Positions 1 through 9,195 of a stretch of DNA of 64,000 nt are shown here, piece after piece. The DNA is from Leptospira biflexa (GTDB lineage: Bacteria > Spirochaetota > UBA4802 > UB4802): positions 918-64,917 of the forward strand of contig DYLU01000006.1 of the NCBI GenBank assembly GCA_020721905.1, in the 5' to 3' direction. The notes under the pieces are model-generated. The model was not told the DNA's origin. It made no database searches and was given only the letters and a program-made list of their open reading frames with translations. Each line of letters starts with the position of its first letter. Position 1 is the first letter of the stretch. Made by a program: the position numbers and the translations under genes.

Positions 1-759
1 AAATACTGCCCATACCCAGAAATGGTTTTAATCCTGTTACCGTAAATGGCATATTATATCGTTCCCATTGTCCATACTCCCGATAAAGCTCTGACCCTAC
101 ATGCCAGCCACATACGCTTTTGTGATTCATAAATTCAATGCTTGCTTTTGTAAGGGTGACTCTTTCTTCATTAAAACCCACCTGTACCTGTTGTGTGCCG
201 ATAGTTTTAAATAGTGGCTCTGACACCGTGAGCAAAGGTACCACACCATATATTGGCTGAATTGCAATTTCAAATGCATAGAAGAATGTTGCTGCTTTGA
301 CCCTTATTATAAGACGGACGTCGCTGCTGTCGTTATAATTAACAACATCTATTGTAACTGATTGCAGCATATATGTTTGTTTTACACGCGATATTAGTTC
401 GTATACTGTATATTTATTATACACAGTCCCTTTTAAGACGCTGAGATCCTTTTCAAGCATTGCCTTTACACGTGTATCAGGTACAATCTGAATCTGAGCA
501 ATTCGTGATTCAACAACAAACAGTGTACAGTTATCATTTTGTATTTCATAATGGCTTACATAACTTGTGGTATATCCTGATTCATGGAGTTTATTGGTTA
601 AAGTCATTGCCATGGCTTTTGCCTGTTGTTTTGATGCAACAGTTTGATTTTCCATGTCAGCAATGTCCAGGGGGGCAGTTAAGCCAGCAACAATGACCTT
701 TGCCATACAGATGGAGGAATAAAAAATAAACAAAAGCAGAAAAGATAACGTTTTCACAA
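1..759 (-). CDS. Secreted protein of unknown function (partial; the 3' end runs off the window start)
   Basis: Minus-strand reading frame open from nt 1 up to a GTG at 757-759. The N-terminus is VKTLSFLLLFIFYSSICMAKV, a classic signal peptide. The ATG at 704-706 is an alternative start. It lies 5 nt downstream of the LolA-like gene, so they are probably co-transcribed. Not in the ORF track because it has no stop inside the window. Confidence 0.4.
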
Positions 760-764
760 TATCC

Positions 765-1466
765 TCACATGTGTTTCACTCTAACACCTTTGGGTACTTG
801 CAGTGTAAAAATATCGGGAGGTACTTTTACATTCAGATGCACATTGTAATAGCGGGTTACATTTCGTGTGGTGCCGTTATGAGTTCGTGCAATAACTTCA
901 ACCGTAGCAGGAAACCATACGGTATTGATATACATATAATCTTCATACAGTTCTTGCATAATCTCAATATTGTCTGCAGTATAGGTAATTTTCTTAACCG
1001 GATATCTTTTTTGTTTATCTATTACTAACTCAATCGTAGTTTGGGTGGCAGTATCCACAAGTATATATCGATATGCGCTTTTAAAAAAGCCATAGTATGT
1101 GTTTTCTCTTTTTTTAATAACAATTCTATCCTTAAAAGCAAAAAATTGAGCAAAAGGATGAGTAACGGGAGCATTCATGTCGTGCATTACCCATAATTCT
1201 TTTGATTCAGGATAGTACCACTGAAGATTCCCTCCTTTTATAATTACAATCTGGGGGAAAGGTTTGCTGTAATCTATACGCATATTTTGCTTATATGCCC
1301 GGTATCTGCCTTCATAGCGAATTCGTGGTTTTCCTGTTTCAGCTATGACCTGTACAATGGTGGCATCAATGCTTTCCACAGCAAAATTATTTATTATGCT
1401 ATCAATCTCATCTGCAGAGGATTGCATTGCAAATAACAGGCATATGATGTAAACTGCATGTTTCAT
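765..1466 (-). CDS. LolA-like periplasmic lipoprotein carrier / outer-membrane lipoprotein sorting protein (family-level call)
   Basis: 233 aa with an N-terminal signal peptide (MKHAVYIICLLFAMQSSA). Size and the motif IVIIKGGNLQWYYPESKELWV resemble the LolA fold (the 'KTLW.YDP' region). I did not run a profile search. Confidence 0.4.
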   Translation of the reverse strand: MKHAVYIICLLFAMQSSADEIDSIINNFAVESIDATIVQVIAETGKPRIRYEGRYRAYKQNMRIDYSKPFPQIVIIKGGNLQWYYPESKELWVMHDMNAPVTHPFAQFFAFKDRIVIKKRENTYYGFFKSAYRYILVDTATQTTIELVIDKQKRYPVKKITYTADNIEIMQELYEDYMYINTVWFPATVEVIARTHNGTTRNVTRYYNVHLNVKVPPDIFTLQVPKGVRVKHM

Positions 1467-1552
1467 AGGGTTAACTCTTTTAATTTTATTGTTGCATAAT
1501 TTGATTGCTCTGACACTGTAGAGTATATCATCACACTTGTCAAGGTAAACCT

Positions 1553-2230
1553 ATGCAACTGATAATCAGTATATTAATTCTTTTAACAAGCTTTACATAT
1601 TCCTTTGCCCAGATTAATGAAAGCGCCCGGCCATTACAGTATCCGCAAGGTGTGGTATCAAACGCACAGCCTTATTTTATATGGTGCGATATATACAATA
1701 CAGGGAACAAGCCTTTTGTGGTTACAGTTACTATCACTGACTCACAGGGTCATAGCAATGAATACACCCTGCATCCTGAAATAATAAACGGGATATACTG
1801 TGTTATACACTTACCATCTGCTCTGACCCCCGATACATACACATATACAATAAAGCTTTTGCATAACAATAAACCTGAAAATAAGCGCTATTATCACTAC
1901 AAAAAGTACCCGGTAGAAGGCACCTTTACTGTTGATACCACACAACAGAATACGATAGACACTTTAACAAAAACTGACCTCATTAATTTTTTAAGTCAGA
2001 GCCGTCAGAATAAACTCCAAAATGGCTATAATGCCCTATTCTTTTCATCAAGCGGAACTATTTCTCTTGGCACTGGTGTGGCAGTGTATTATCTGACTGA
2101 TTTTGGTATTGTCACTACTATTATATCAGCAGTAGGCATAACCTCGGGTATTATTGGTATAACTGCCGGCATTTATTACGGTGTAAAATATTACAACACT
2201 AAAAAGAAAATTGAATCTGTAATGAAATAA
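1553..2230 (+). CDS. Hypothetical secreted protein with a C-terminal hydrophobic anchor
   Basis: 225-aa ORF with a signal peptide (MQLIISILILLTSFTYSFAQ) and a Gly/Ile-rich hydrophobic C-terminal stretch (VGITSGIIGITAGIYYGV). No recognisable catalytic motif. Confidence 0.4.
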   Translation: MQLIISILILLTSFTYSFAQINESARPLQYPQGVVSNAQPYFIWCDIYNTGNKPFVVTVTITDSQGHSNEYTLHPEIINGIYCVIHLPSALTPDTYTYTIKLLHNNKPENKRYYHYKKYPVEGTFTVDTTQQNTIDTLTKTDLINFLSQSRQNKLQNGYNALFFSSSGTISLGTGVAVYYLTDFGIVTTIISAVGITSGIIGITAGIYYGVKYYNTKKKIESVMK

Positions 2231-2385
2231 AATAAAAGTTCAGTTACAAAAAGATTGAAAAATCCATAAAACAAAAGTACAATGGAATCATGAAGATTAT
2301 AAATATACATGGTTATATGTATTCATACTATTAAGTATTTACCATACACACTGTATATACAATATCCATACTATTATTCACTACC

Positions 2386-5300
2386 ATGGTCCTGAAAGAA
2401 CTTACTAATATATATTCATCAACCAGTGAATTCAAATCGCTGGCAGCTTCAGGCGTACAGGCCTTTTCCATTGAAGGCATTTACCCATCTGCATTCCCAT
2501 TTATTGTAGCAACATCATTCAACACCAGGCAAACGCAAACCATTGTTGTTACCACCGACTATCACACAATGAACCGCTTTGTTGCCGACATTTCAGCATT
2601 TGTCAATGAAGACATCATTTTTCCTTTCCCACCCTTAGAAGTACTCCCGTATGAGTATGTTAACCCATCATCATCTATTGAACGTGACCGTATTACTGCG
2701 CTGTACCAGCTTCTTTCAGGAAAGCCTGTTATTGTGGTTGCAACCATTGAATCATTGCTCAGGGTTATCCCGCATAAAGAATTCTTTCTGAAAAAAGGCA
2801 TCAATATTACCAGAGGCCAGGAATACCCCTTTGAAATAATCATTGAAACCCTGATCAACTACGGCTATGAGCGCGAAACACGAGTTGAAGGTTACGGACA
2901 ATTTTCCGTTAAAGGCGGCATCATTGATATCTATCTTCCCAATGCAGCCAGCCCTGTTCGATTAGATTTTTTTGGCGACACCTGCGATTCCATTCGCTAC
3001 TTTGACTCCACCACGCAGGTTTCACTTGAGCAGGTGGAAACCATAACCATTTATCCACGCCGTGAAATCTTGTTGTCTCAATCTGAAAAAGAAAAAATGC
3101 AAAAAGAATTATTGCGCGGCCACAGTAACCTTAATAAGCAGGCCCTTGAGTCATTGCACAAAGCAAATGTCCCTGGCATTTACGATTTGTTTCCACTGGC
3201 AATTCAAACCAGCACAATAACCTCTTTTGCACACAATCCACATATATTTCTGTGCGATCCAGGTCAACTAAAAGCAAAACTCTCTGAAATTGAGCGCACC
3301 TACCACCAGCTGTACAATCACAAAAAAGAGAGCACATTCTGCATTAAAGCATCGCAATTATTGCTAAGCGATAGTTACCAGCACATTGAGACGCAGGCTG
3401 TAAAACTGCATCCATTCATAACCGATTCACGGAACGTATGGCACCTGAAAGGAATCGCATCTTTTCAGGGAAGAATTCAGGATGTACGCAATGAGTGCGC
3501 AAAACGCATTGAAGAAGGATGGCATATTGTTGTAAGCACATCGTTTGAAGGACAGGCCCGAAGGTTATATGATCTATTCACTGAATTTAAACCGCAGGAA
3601 AAATTCGATACATATAACCCCACAAAGCATTTTGGTATTATTATCTCAAATCTTCATGAAGGCCTTGAGATAGAAAGCATCAAAACATGTATCATTACCG
3701 ACCATGAAATTTTTGGCAAATCTTACCGAAAGAAAAAGCATTTCAAGCAGAAATATTCAAAGCCAATAGAAACTTTTTTAGAGCTATCGCCCGGTGATTA
3801 CGTTGTGCATATTAATCATGGAATAGGAATATTTAAAGCCATTGAACGTATGAGTGCGGGCGGCGTTGAGCGCGATTTTTTAGTCATAGAGTATTCTGAT
3901 GGTGATAAGTTGTATGTTTCACTTGACCAGATAAATATGGTACAGCGCTATGTGGGGCTTGATGGCCGTCAGCCGCGAATTGATGCACTTGGTAAAAAAT
4001 CTGCATGGAACCGTATTAAAGAGCGTGTCCAGCAATCAGTAGAAGAGATAGCACAGGATTTATTGAAGATTTATTCTCAGCGAAAAGCATTGAAGGGATT
4101 TCAATATCCCGCAGATACCATGTGGCAGGAAGAATTTGAATCAAAATTTGAATATGAAGAAACCCCTGACCAGATCACCGCAATTGAAGATGTAAAGGAT
4201 GATATGGAAAAATCTCAGCCAATGGACCGTCTGGTGTGCGGCGATGTTGGATTTGGCAAAACAGAAGTAGCAATACGGGCAACATTTAAGGCAGTCATGG
4301 CAGGCAAACAGGTTGCAATACTGGTTCCCACAACAGTACTGGCAATGCAGCATTATACAACATTTTGCAAGCGTTTTGCTGATTACCCGGTAACTATCGA
4401 GATGTTATCGCGCTTTAAAACACAACAGCAAATAAAATCAATAAAAGAGCGGCTGAAAGCAGGAGATATTGACATTATTATTGGCACTCATGCGTTGCTT
4501 GCAAAGGATGTACATTTCAAAAATTTAGGGCTGGTAGTAATAGATGAAGAACAGCGTTTTGGCGTGAAGCATAAAGAACATTTAAAGAAATTGCGCCTTA
4601 TGGTAGATGTATTAACACTTTCGGCAACACCCATACCTCGCACCCTTCACATGTCGCTTGCAGGCATCCGTGACCTGTCAATCATTGCAACGCCACCAGA
4701 AAACCGTCAGTCCATTGAAACTCTTGTTATTGAAGATAACCCTGACATTGTCCGCATGGCAATACTAAAAGAGATAGAGCGAAGGGGACAGGTGTTCTAT
4801 GTGCACAACCGCATCAGCAGCATCTATGAGCAGGCCCAGTACTTAGAAAAGCTTGTGCCAAAAGCAACGTTTTGCGTGGCACACGGCAGAATGCATGAGC
4901 ACGAGCTTGAAGAAGTCATGATTGACTTTATTAACGGCAAATATGATGTACTGGTATCAACGTCTATTATTGAATCGGGACTTGATATGCCCAATGTCAA
5001 TACCATCATTGTAAACAGGGCTGATACATTTGGACTTTCCCAGCTATATCAGTTAAAGGGGCGTGTTGGAAGGTCGGACAAACAGGCTTATGCATACCTT
5101 TTTTATCCACGGGATTTTCGTATTACCCAGGATGCACAAAAGCGATTACAGGTAATTGCAGAGTATACTGAAATTGGGAGTGGTTTTAAGATTGCCATGA
5201 AGGATATGGAAATACGTGGTTCCGGCAACATTTTAGGCAAAGAACAGTCGGGCAATATTATGGATGTTGGTTTTGACCTGTATTGCCAGATGCTTGAGGA

Positions 5301-5778
5301 TGCTGTGCGAAAGCTCAAAGGAGAAAAACCCATTTCTGTTTTCAGGACTCCCGTATATATCAAAACCAATATTTTTATTCCTGATAATTATATAGCCGAT
5401 GAAAAACAAAAAATAGAATTTTACAAGCGATATGAAGCCTGTGAAACCCTTGAAGAATTAACTGACCTGACCCGGGAGATGATTGACCGATTTGGGCCGC
5501 CACCTGAAGAAGTAAAATCCTTGATAGCCATGGAAGAAGTTAGGACATTAGCTTCCCGGCTCTATATTGATGAAATTATTGAGGATACAAAATTAGTCAA
5601 AATGCGCATTACAAAAGAAGCAAAGCTTGACACCAAAAGGTTGGTTGCACTCATTCAAAAAGATAAGCGGTTGTCCATTGACAGGTATGACAGGGAGATA
5701 GTAAACTTTGTTACCGGAGCAATACCTGCCGAAAAAAAATTAGAAGAGATAAAAAAATTGTTGCAACAATTACTATAA
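2386..5778 (+). CDS. mfd: Transcription-repair coupling factor Mfd
   Basis: 1130 aa. Walker A LVCGDVGFGKTEVAIRA, a DEEQRFGV helicase motif, and an RecG-like helicase core plus a TRCF C-terminal region. ATG at 2386. Confidence 0.95.
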   Translation: MVLKELTNIYSSTSEFKSLAASGVQAFSIEGIYPSAFPFIVATSFNTRQTQTIVVTTDYHTMNRFVADISAFVNEDIIFPFPPLEVLPYEYVNPSSSIERDRITALYQLLSGKPVIVVATIESLLRVIPHKEFFLKKGINITRGQEYPFEIIIETLINYGYERETRVEGYGQFSVKGGIIDIYLPNAASPVRLDFFGDTCDSIRYFDSTTQVSLEQVETITIYPRREILLSQSEKEKMQKELLRGHSNLNKQALESLHKANVPGIYDLFPLAIQTSTITSFAHNPHIFLCDPGQLKAKLSEIERTYHQLYNHKKESTFCIKASQLLLSDSYQHIETQAVKLHPFITDSRNVWHLKGIASFQGRIQDVRNECAKRIEEGWHIVVSTSFEGQARRLYDLFTEFKPQEKFDTYNPTKHFGIIISNLHEGLEIESIKTCIITDHEIFGKSYRKKKHFKQKYSKPIETFLELSPGDYVVHINHGIGIFKAIERMSAGGVERDFLVIEYSDGDKLYVSLDQINMVQRYVGLDGRQPRIDALGKKSAWNRIKERVQQSVEEIAQDLLKIYSQRKALKGFQYPADTMWQEEFESKFEYEETPDQITAIEDVKDDMEKSQPMDRLVCGDVGFGKTEVAIRATFKAVMAGKQVAILVPTTVLAMQHYTTFCKRFADYPVTIEMLSRFKTQQQIKSIKERLKAGDIDIIIGTHALLAKDVHFKNLGLVVIDEEQRFGVKHKEHLKKLRLMVDVLTLSATPIPRTLHMSLAGIRDLSIIATPPENRQSIETLVIEDNPDIVRMAILKEIERRGQVFYVHNRISSIYEQAQYLEKLVPKATFCVAHGRMHEHELEEVMIDFINGKYDVLVSTSIIESGLDMPNVNTIIVNRADTFGLSQLYQLKGRVGRSDKQAYAYLFYPRDFRITQDAQKRLQVIAEYTEIGSGFKIAMKDMEIRGSGNILGKEQSGNIMDVGFDLYCQMLEDAVRKLKGEKPISVFRTPVYIKTNIFIPDNYIADEKQKIEFYKRYEACETLEELTDLTREMIDRFGPPPEEVKSLIAMEEVRTLASRLYIDEIIEDTKLVKMRITKEAKLDTKRLVALIQKDKRLSIDRYDREIVNFVTGAIPAEKKLEEIKKLLQQLL

Positions 5779-5871
5779 TCAAGTAACAATCGTAAAACTT
5801 TTACTTTTACAAACAGTAAATGACAATTCCCTCCCCTGGAGGCATATTTTTTAATTCTTACTATCAAAAGG

Positions 5872-6537
5872 ATGGATACTATGAAAACAAAGATTTTCTA
5901 TTCAGTAATTGCAGTTATGATTTTTACACTTGCAATCTCCTGTGGCAATAAATATGGCGGTAAATGGATTGCAAAGATTGACAGCGATGAAATCACTGAT
6001 AATGAGCTCAATGCATATTACTATGCACAGATGAAAAGTATTTATAATTTACCCAAAGAAGAAATAGATAAATTAGCTCAGGATCCGGCACAGCTGGAAC
6101 GAAATCCCCTGTTAAACAAAAGCAATTTTCTTGAACAGATGATTCAGCAGAGACTTGTGTACAAAAAGGCTATTGATGATGGTATTTTAAAAAATGAGGA
6201 GCTCAATACTCTTTTAGATATTTCCAAAGAAGGCCTTGTGGTACAGTACTATATTCGTGAAAAGTTTAAAAACGATATTACTATTGCGCCTCAGGAAGTT
6301 GAGCAGATTTACAACCAGCAGCGTGCCCGTTTCAAAGGTATCCCTGTAGATCAGGCTGAAATGTATATCAAGCAGCAGCTTTTCCAGCAGAAACTCAACA
6401 TGAAGATAAAAGAGCTGGTTGATACATTGCGCGACGAAAAGAAGATTGAGAAAAACATGGAATTGCTGCAAAAAGAATTGAACACCCAACCCCAGATTCA
6501 GCAAGCACCTCAGCAGGCTCCGCAACAACAAAAGTAA
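5872..6537 (+). CDS. SurA N-terminal-domain-like periplasmic chaperone lipoprotein (no PPIase domain)
   Basis: 221 aa. Lipoprotein signal (…FTLAISCGNK). The Q/K-rich helical body resembles the SurA/PpiD N-terminal chaperone domain. Low-complexity PQQAPQQAPQQQK tail. Sits directly downstream of mfd. Confidence 0.45.
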   Translation: MDTMKTKIFYSVIAVMIFTLAISCGNKYGGKWIAKIDSDEITDNELNAYYYAQMKSIYNLPKEEIDKLAQDPAQLERNPLLNKSNFLEQMIQQRLVYKKAIDDGILKNEELNTLLDISKEGLVVQYYIREKFKNDITIAPQEVEQIYNQQRARFKGIPVDQAEMYIKQQLFQQKLNMKIKELVDTLRDEKKIEKNMELLQKELNTQPQIQQAPQQAPQQQK

Positions 6538-6558
6538 ACTGTGTTACACCTGATTATA

Positions 6559-6596
6559 TAAAAAGCTGCTCCCGGATGAGCAGCTTTTTTATTTCA
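6559..6596. terminator. Bidirectional Rho-independent terminator between convergent genes
   Basis: AAAAAGCTGCTC-ccggat-GAGCAGCTTTTTT. A 12-bp GC-containing stem is flanked by an A-run upstream and a T-run downstream, so it can terminate both strands. Confidence 0.6.
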
Positions 6597-6655
6597 ATTG
6601 TTCATGGCTTACAGTGGACGTCATTACGGCATAAGCGTTTTATAATCCCGGCTAT

Positions 6656-7129
6656 CTATTGAACACTGACTGAATACTGTGCTGAATTTGTTTTTTTATC
6701 ATTAAGCATTAGTATTTCGGTTACTGCATTTTTTTTGGTTTCAAAATAATAGTAGTTTGGTTTTGGCTGCAATATGTTATTTACTTTTTTATATTCACCT
6801 TCTTTCTCATGAAGCACCCACTTTTCTATAACGATAAGGTGTGTGTTGGGAGAAAGCTTTGCCTCAAAATACTTTTTTTGTGATTCCAGTCCTATGGTTG
6901 TTCTCCCTGCATCTATTTTATCAATAAATACTTTGTAATAGCACCGTTTATCATCATCAGGATTGACAATGCCTGTATCACTTGCAACAAAACGGAAATT
7001 AACATTGACATCAACCGGCGCAATAACCGGCTCTACCGGTGCTTCATATTTGGGAACTGATGTACAGGAGATTATACAACCAACTGCTCCCATCAACAAT
7101 ACACGAACATACTTTTTAACTTTTCTCAT
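6656..7129 (-). CDS. Hypothetical lipoprotein
   Basis: 157 aa with a lipobox-like signal (LLMGAVGCIISCTSV). Its start (7129) overlaps the stop of the upstream PPC-repeat gene (7126), so the two are likely co-transcribed. Confidence 0.5.
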   Translation of the reverse strand: MRKVKKYVRVLLMGAVGCIISCTSVPKYEAPVEPVIAPVDVNVNFRFVASDTGIVNPDDDKRCYYKVFIDKIDAGRTTIGLESQKKYFEAKLSPNTHLIVIEKWVLHEKEGEYKKVNNILQPKPNYYYFETKKNAVTEILMLNDKKTNSAQYSVSVQ

Positions 7130-8685
7130 GGCTTATCCTTAATTTCAATATGATATATACCATCATAGGCATCATTCAATGGCTTCAGTATACAATACCC
7201 TTTCCCATCAATTATTTCATGTAAGGTTGCAGACTTCCCCGCTTTAACTGTAACTGTTTGCAGAATGTATCCCAATGAATCCGTAACCGAGAATGCAACA
7301 GGTATTTTTTCAGGTGCTGTAACAACAAAATACTTTCTTTGTCTTCCTTTATAGTGCAGTATAAAATAATCTGTATCTGCTTTCTTTGATATATAGCCGT
7401 TTATTGAATTTCCCTGTAGGGTATTTGCCTGTTCTTTTGTATCATTTGGTTCTATATCAATCATATCAGATATACTAACAGGAACTATCGCCAATGCATA
7501 ATGATTATCAAGGTCAAGCTGACCACGTTTTGCCCAAACCTTTACATAAAACGGTGTGCCAATAAAAAGATTGGGATGCAATTCTTTCTGGCCGGTATTT
7601 TCATTATTAACTGAGTACAGTTCATCGCCATTTGTGTTGTAAATTGCAAACAGTATGTCCAGAGTCATGGGTGGTGTTACTTCAACGCGATACCACTTAT
7701 TTTCAGAGCTATCGCTCCTGTAGGCATAGAAATCTACATCACTCTCGGGATATATTCTTCCCATTATGGTATCAGTCACAACAGACGTAGCCGACTGTAT
7801 TATAGTATTTGGTTCAATCTCGGTTGTATTGTCGTAACTGCGTGTGGTAACTACAAGGCTATAGTGGGTTTCATTATTTGCTGCGTAATTTTTTGCAGCA
7901 ACCATAATATAATAGTTCCCTGCAGTTGATAATCCTATGCCCTTTGCTATCTGGCTTACGCCCTGTCCCTGCGGATTTGAAGAAAATAACACTGTGCCCT
8001 GCGCATCAACAATATCAAGTTGCGACTCAATATCAGTAACACCCGTTACCTCAACATCACATACTACCGGAACCTCTTCCACATAAAATGTAAACCAATC
8101 CTCTTCACGATTGGGATTTACCGCATTGGTATTTGCTTTGTTAAATGACGGCGAATAGTACCCATGCACGGGAACACCTACTGATATTGGGTTTGCTGAT
8201 AATATTGCATCATTGGGCTCTGACTCAAAGCCCTCTGCATCTTCCTGATTTATTAACAGTGTATATTCATTTTCAGTATTTTTAATTCGCTGATCCTTAT
8301 CCCCATGTGACATGGAAACATAGTATCTTCCAGGTTCAACTTTAAATCCGCGTAAGCGTTCGGGTGCTGATTTGCGCATATCATCAACATACTTCAGTGG
8401 TTCAATACCATCATCAGCTGCTTTCCACACAGTAAAAGCAATGTTCACACCCTTTATGGCAGAAATGCTGATATCAAAGAGCACCGGCTCATTAACATCT
8501 ATCATATAAAAATCATAATCACTTTCAGTATTCATAAAGCCACTTACTGGCCTGGCAATAGTTATTGAGTTTGCCTGAGTGTAAGTATCATTGGGTTCAT
8601 TTTCAAATATTATTTCTTTTTTACATGTACTAAACAACATGATGCCACAAAGCACCATCCATAACGATAATTGCATTTTTGCCAT
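7126..8685 (-). CDS. Lipoprotein with four tandem PPC (pre-peptidase C-terminal)-like domains
   Basis: The track ORF is 7126..8778. The more likely start is the ATG at 8685 (MAKMQLSLWMVLCGIMLFSTCKK, a lipoprotein signal). Four ~110-130-aa repeats each begin with an E-P-N-(D/T) motif (ENEPNDTYTQANSI, ESEPNDAILSANPI, EIEPNTIIQSATSV, DIEPNDTKEQANTLQ). Each is followed by D.DFY / D.DWF, as in PPC domains. Confidence 0.6.
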   Translation of the reverse strand: MAKMQLSLWMVLCGIMLFSTCKKEIIFENEPNDTYTQANSITIARPVSGFMNTESDYDFYMIDVNEPVLFDISISAIKGVNIAFTVWKAADDGIEPLKYVDDMRKSAPERLRGFKVEPGRYYVSMSHGDKDQRIKNTENEYTLLINQEDAEGFESEPNDAILSANPISVGVPVHGYYSPSFNKANTNAVNPNREEDWFTFYVEEVPVVCDVEVTGVTDIESQLDIVDAQGTVLFSSNPQGQGVSQIAKGIGLSTAGNYYIMVAAKNYAANNETHYSLVVTTRSYDNTTEIEPNTIIQSATSVVTDTIMGRIYPESDVDFYAYRSDSSENKWYRVEVTPPMTLDILFAIYNTNGDELYSVNNENTGQKELHPNLFIGTPFYVKVWAKRGQLDLDNHYALAIVPVSISDMIDIEPNDTKEQANTLQGNSINGYISKKADTDYFILHYKGRQRKYFVVTAPEKIPVAFSVTDSLGYILQTVTVKAGKSATLHEIIDGKGYCILKPLNDAYDGIYHIEIKDKP

Positions 8686-8880
8686 ACACATTCCCATCCA
8701 ATCCATGATTTTTGTATATACTATAGGTAGCAGTTCAGATGAATTGTTAGCAACTGTGCAATTAAAGTCAAGTATCATTTTTGGTTGACAGTAAAATTGT
8801 CTTGAAATTTGATTTTTTTAAAATTAGCATATCATTACTTACATCATTTGAGCATTGTAAAAATTTATAGGAGATGCGTC

Positions 8881-9195
8881 ATGACTACAAAATCAAAACT
8901 GTATGTCACAGGAATTGTATTAGCAATTCTTTTGCTTTCGGGTGTATATCTGTACTTTAAATACTTTTTCACCTACGAACAGAAGAATATTGTACAGCGA
9001 AAAATTGAAACAATAACCGGACAAAATCTTACCATAACCGTATTTGGGTATGATGGCAGGATCATTAAGCGGTGGTACGGTGTCCAGAAGATCACCACAC
9101 CAAAAGACGGCCGCAACTATTCATTTTTCTATACCCGTGAAGGGAAATATGTACAGATACCTGCCAGTGTGTGGTATCTTGCCGAAGAGGAGTAA
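8881..9195 (+). CDS. Small membrane protein of unknown function
   Basis: The track ORF starts at 8809. The likely start is the ATG at 8881, preceded by AGGAGATG (MTTKSKLYVTGIVLAILLLSGVYLYF, one TM helix). Its stop overlaps the recG start (TAATG). Confidence 0.4.
   Translation: MTTKSKLYVTGIVLAILLLSGVYLYFKYFFTYEQKNIVQRKIETITGQNLTITVFGYDGRIIKRWYGVQKITTPKDGRNYSFFYTREGKYVQIPASVWYLAEEE

Noticed and set aside
460-696. 78-aa plus-strand ORF at the window start
   Set aside because: It lies entirely inside, and antisense to, the signal-peptide-containing minus-strand gene (1..759). That gene has a continuous reading frame to the window edge. The same applies to the many 60-150-aa track ORFs nested antisense inside mfd, recG, ftsH, secA, dnaK, carB, the 954-aa Omp85 fusion and others. 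They were treated as spurious.
2324-2372. Direct repeat CATACTATTA (twice, 39 nt apart) upstream of mfd
   Set aside because: Short, AT-rich and only two copies. It is compatible with chance in an AT-rich promoter region.
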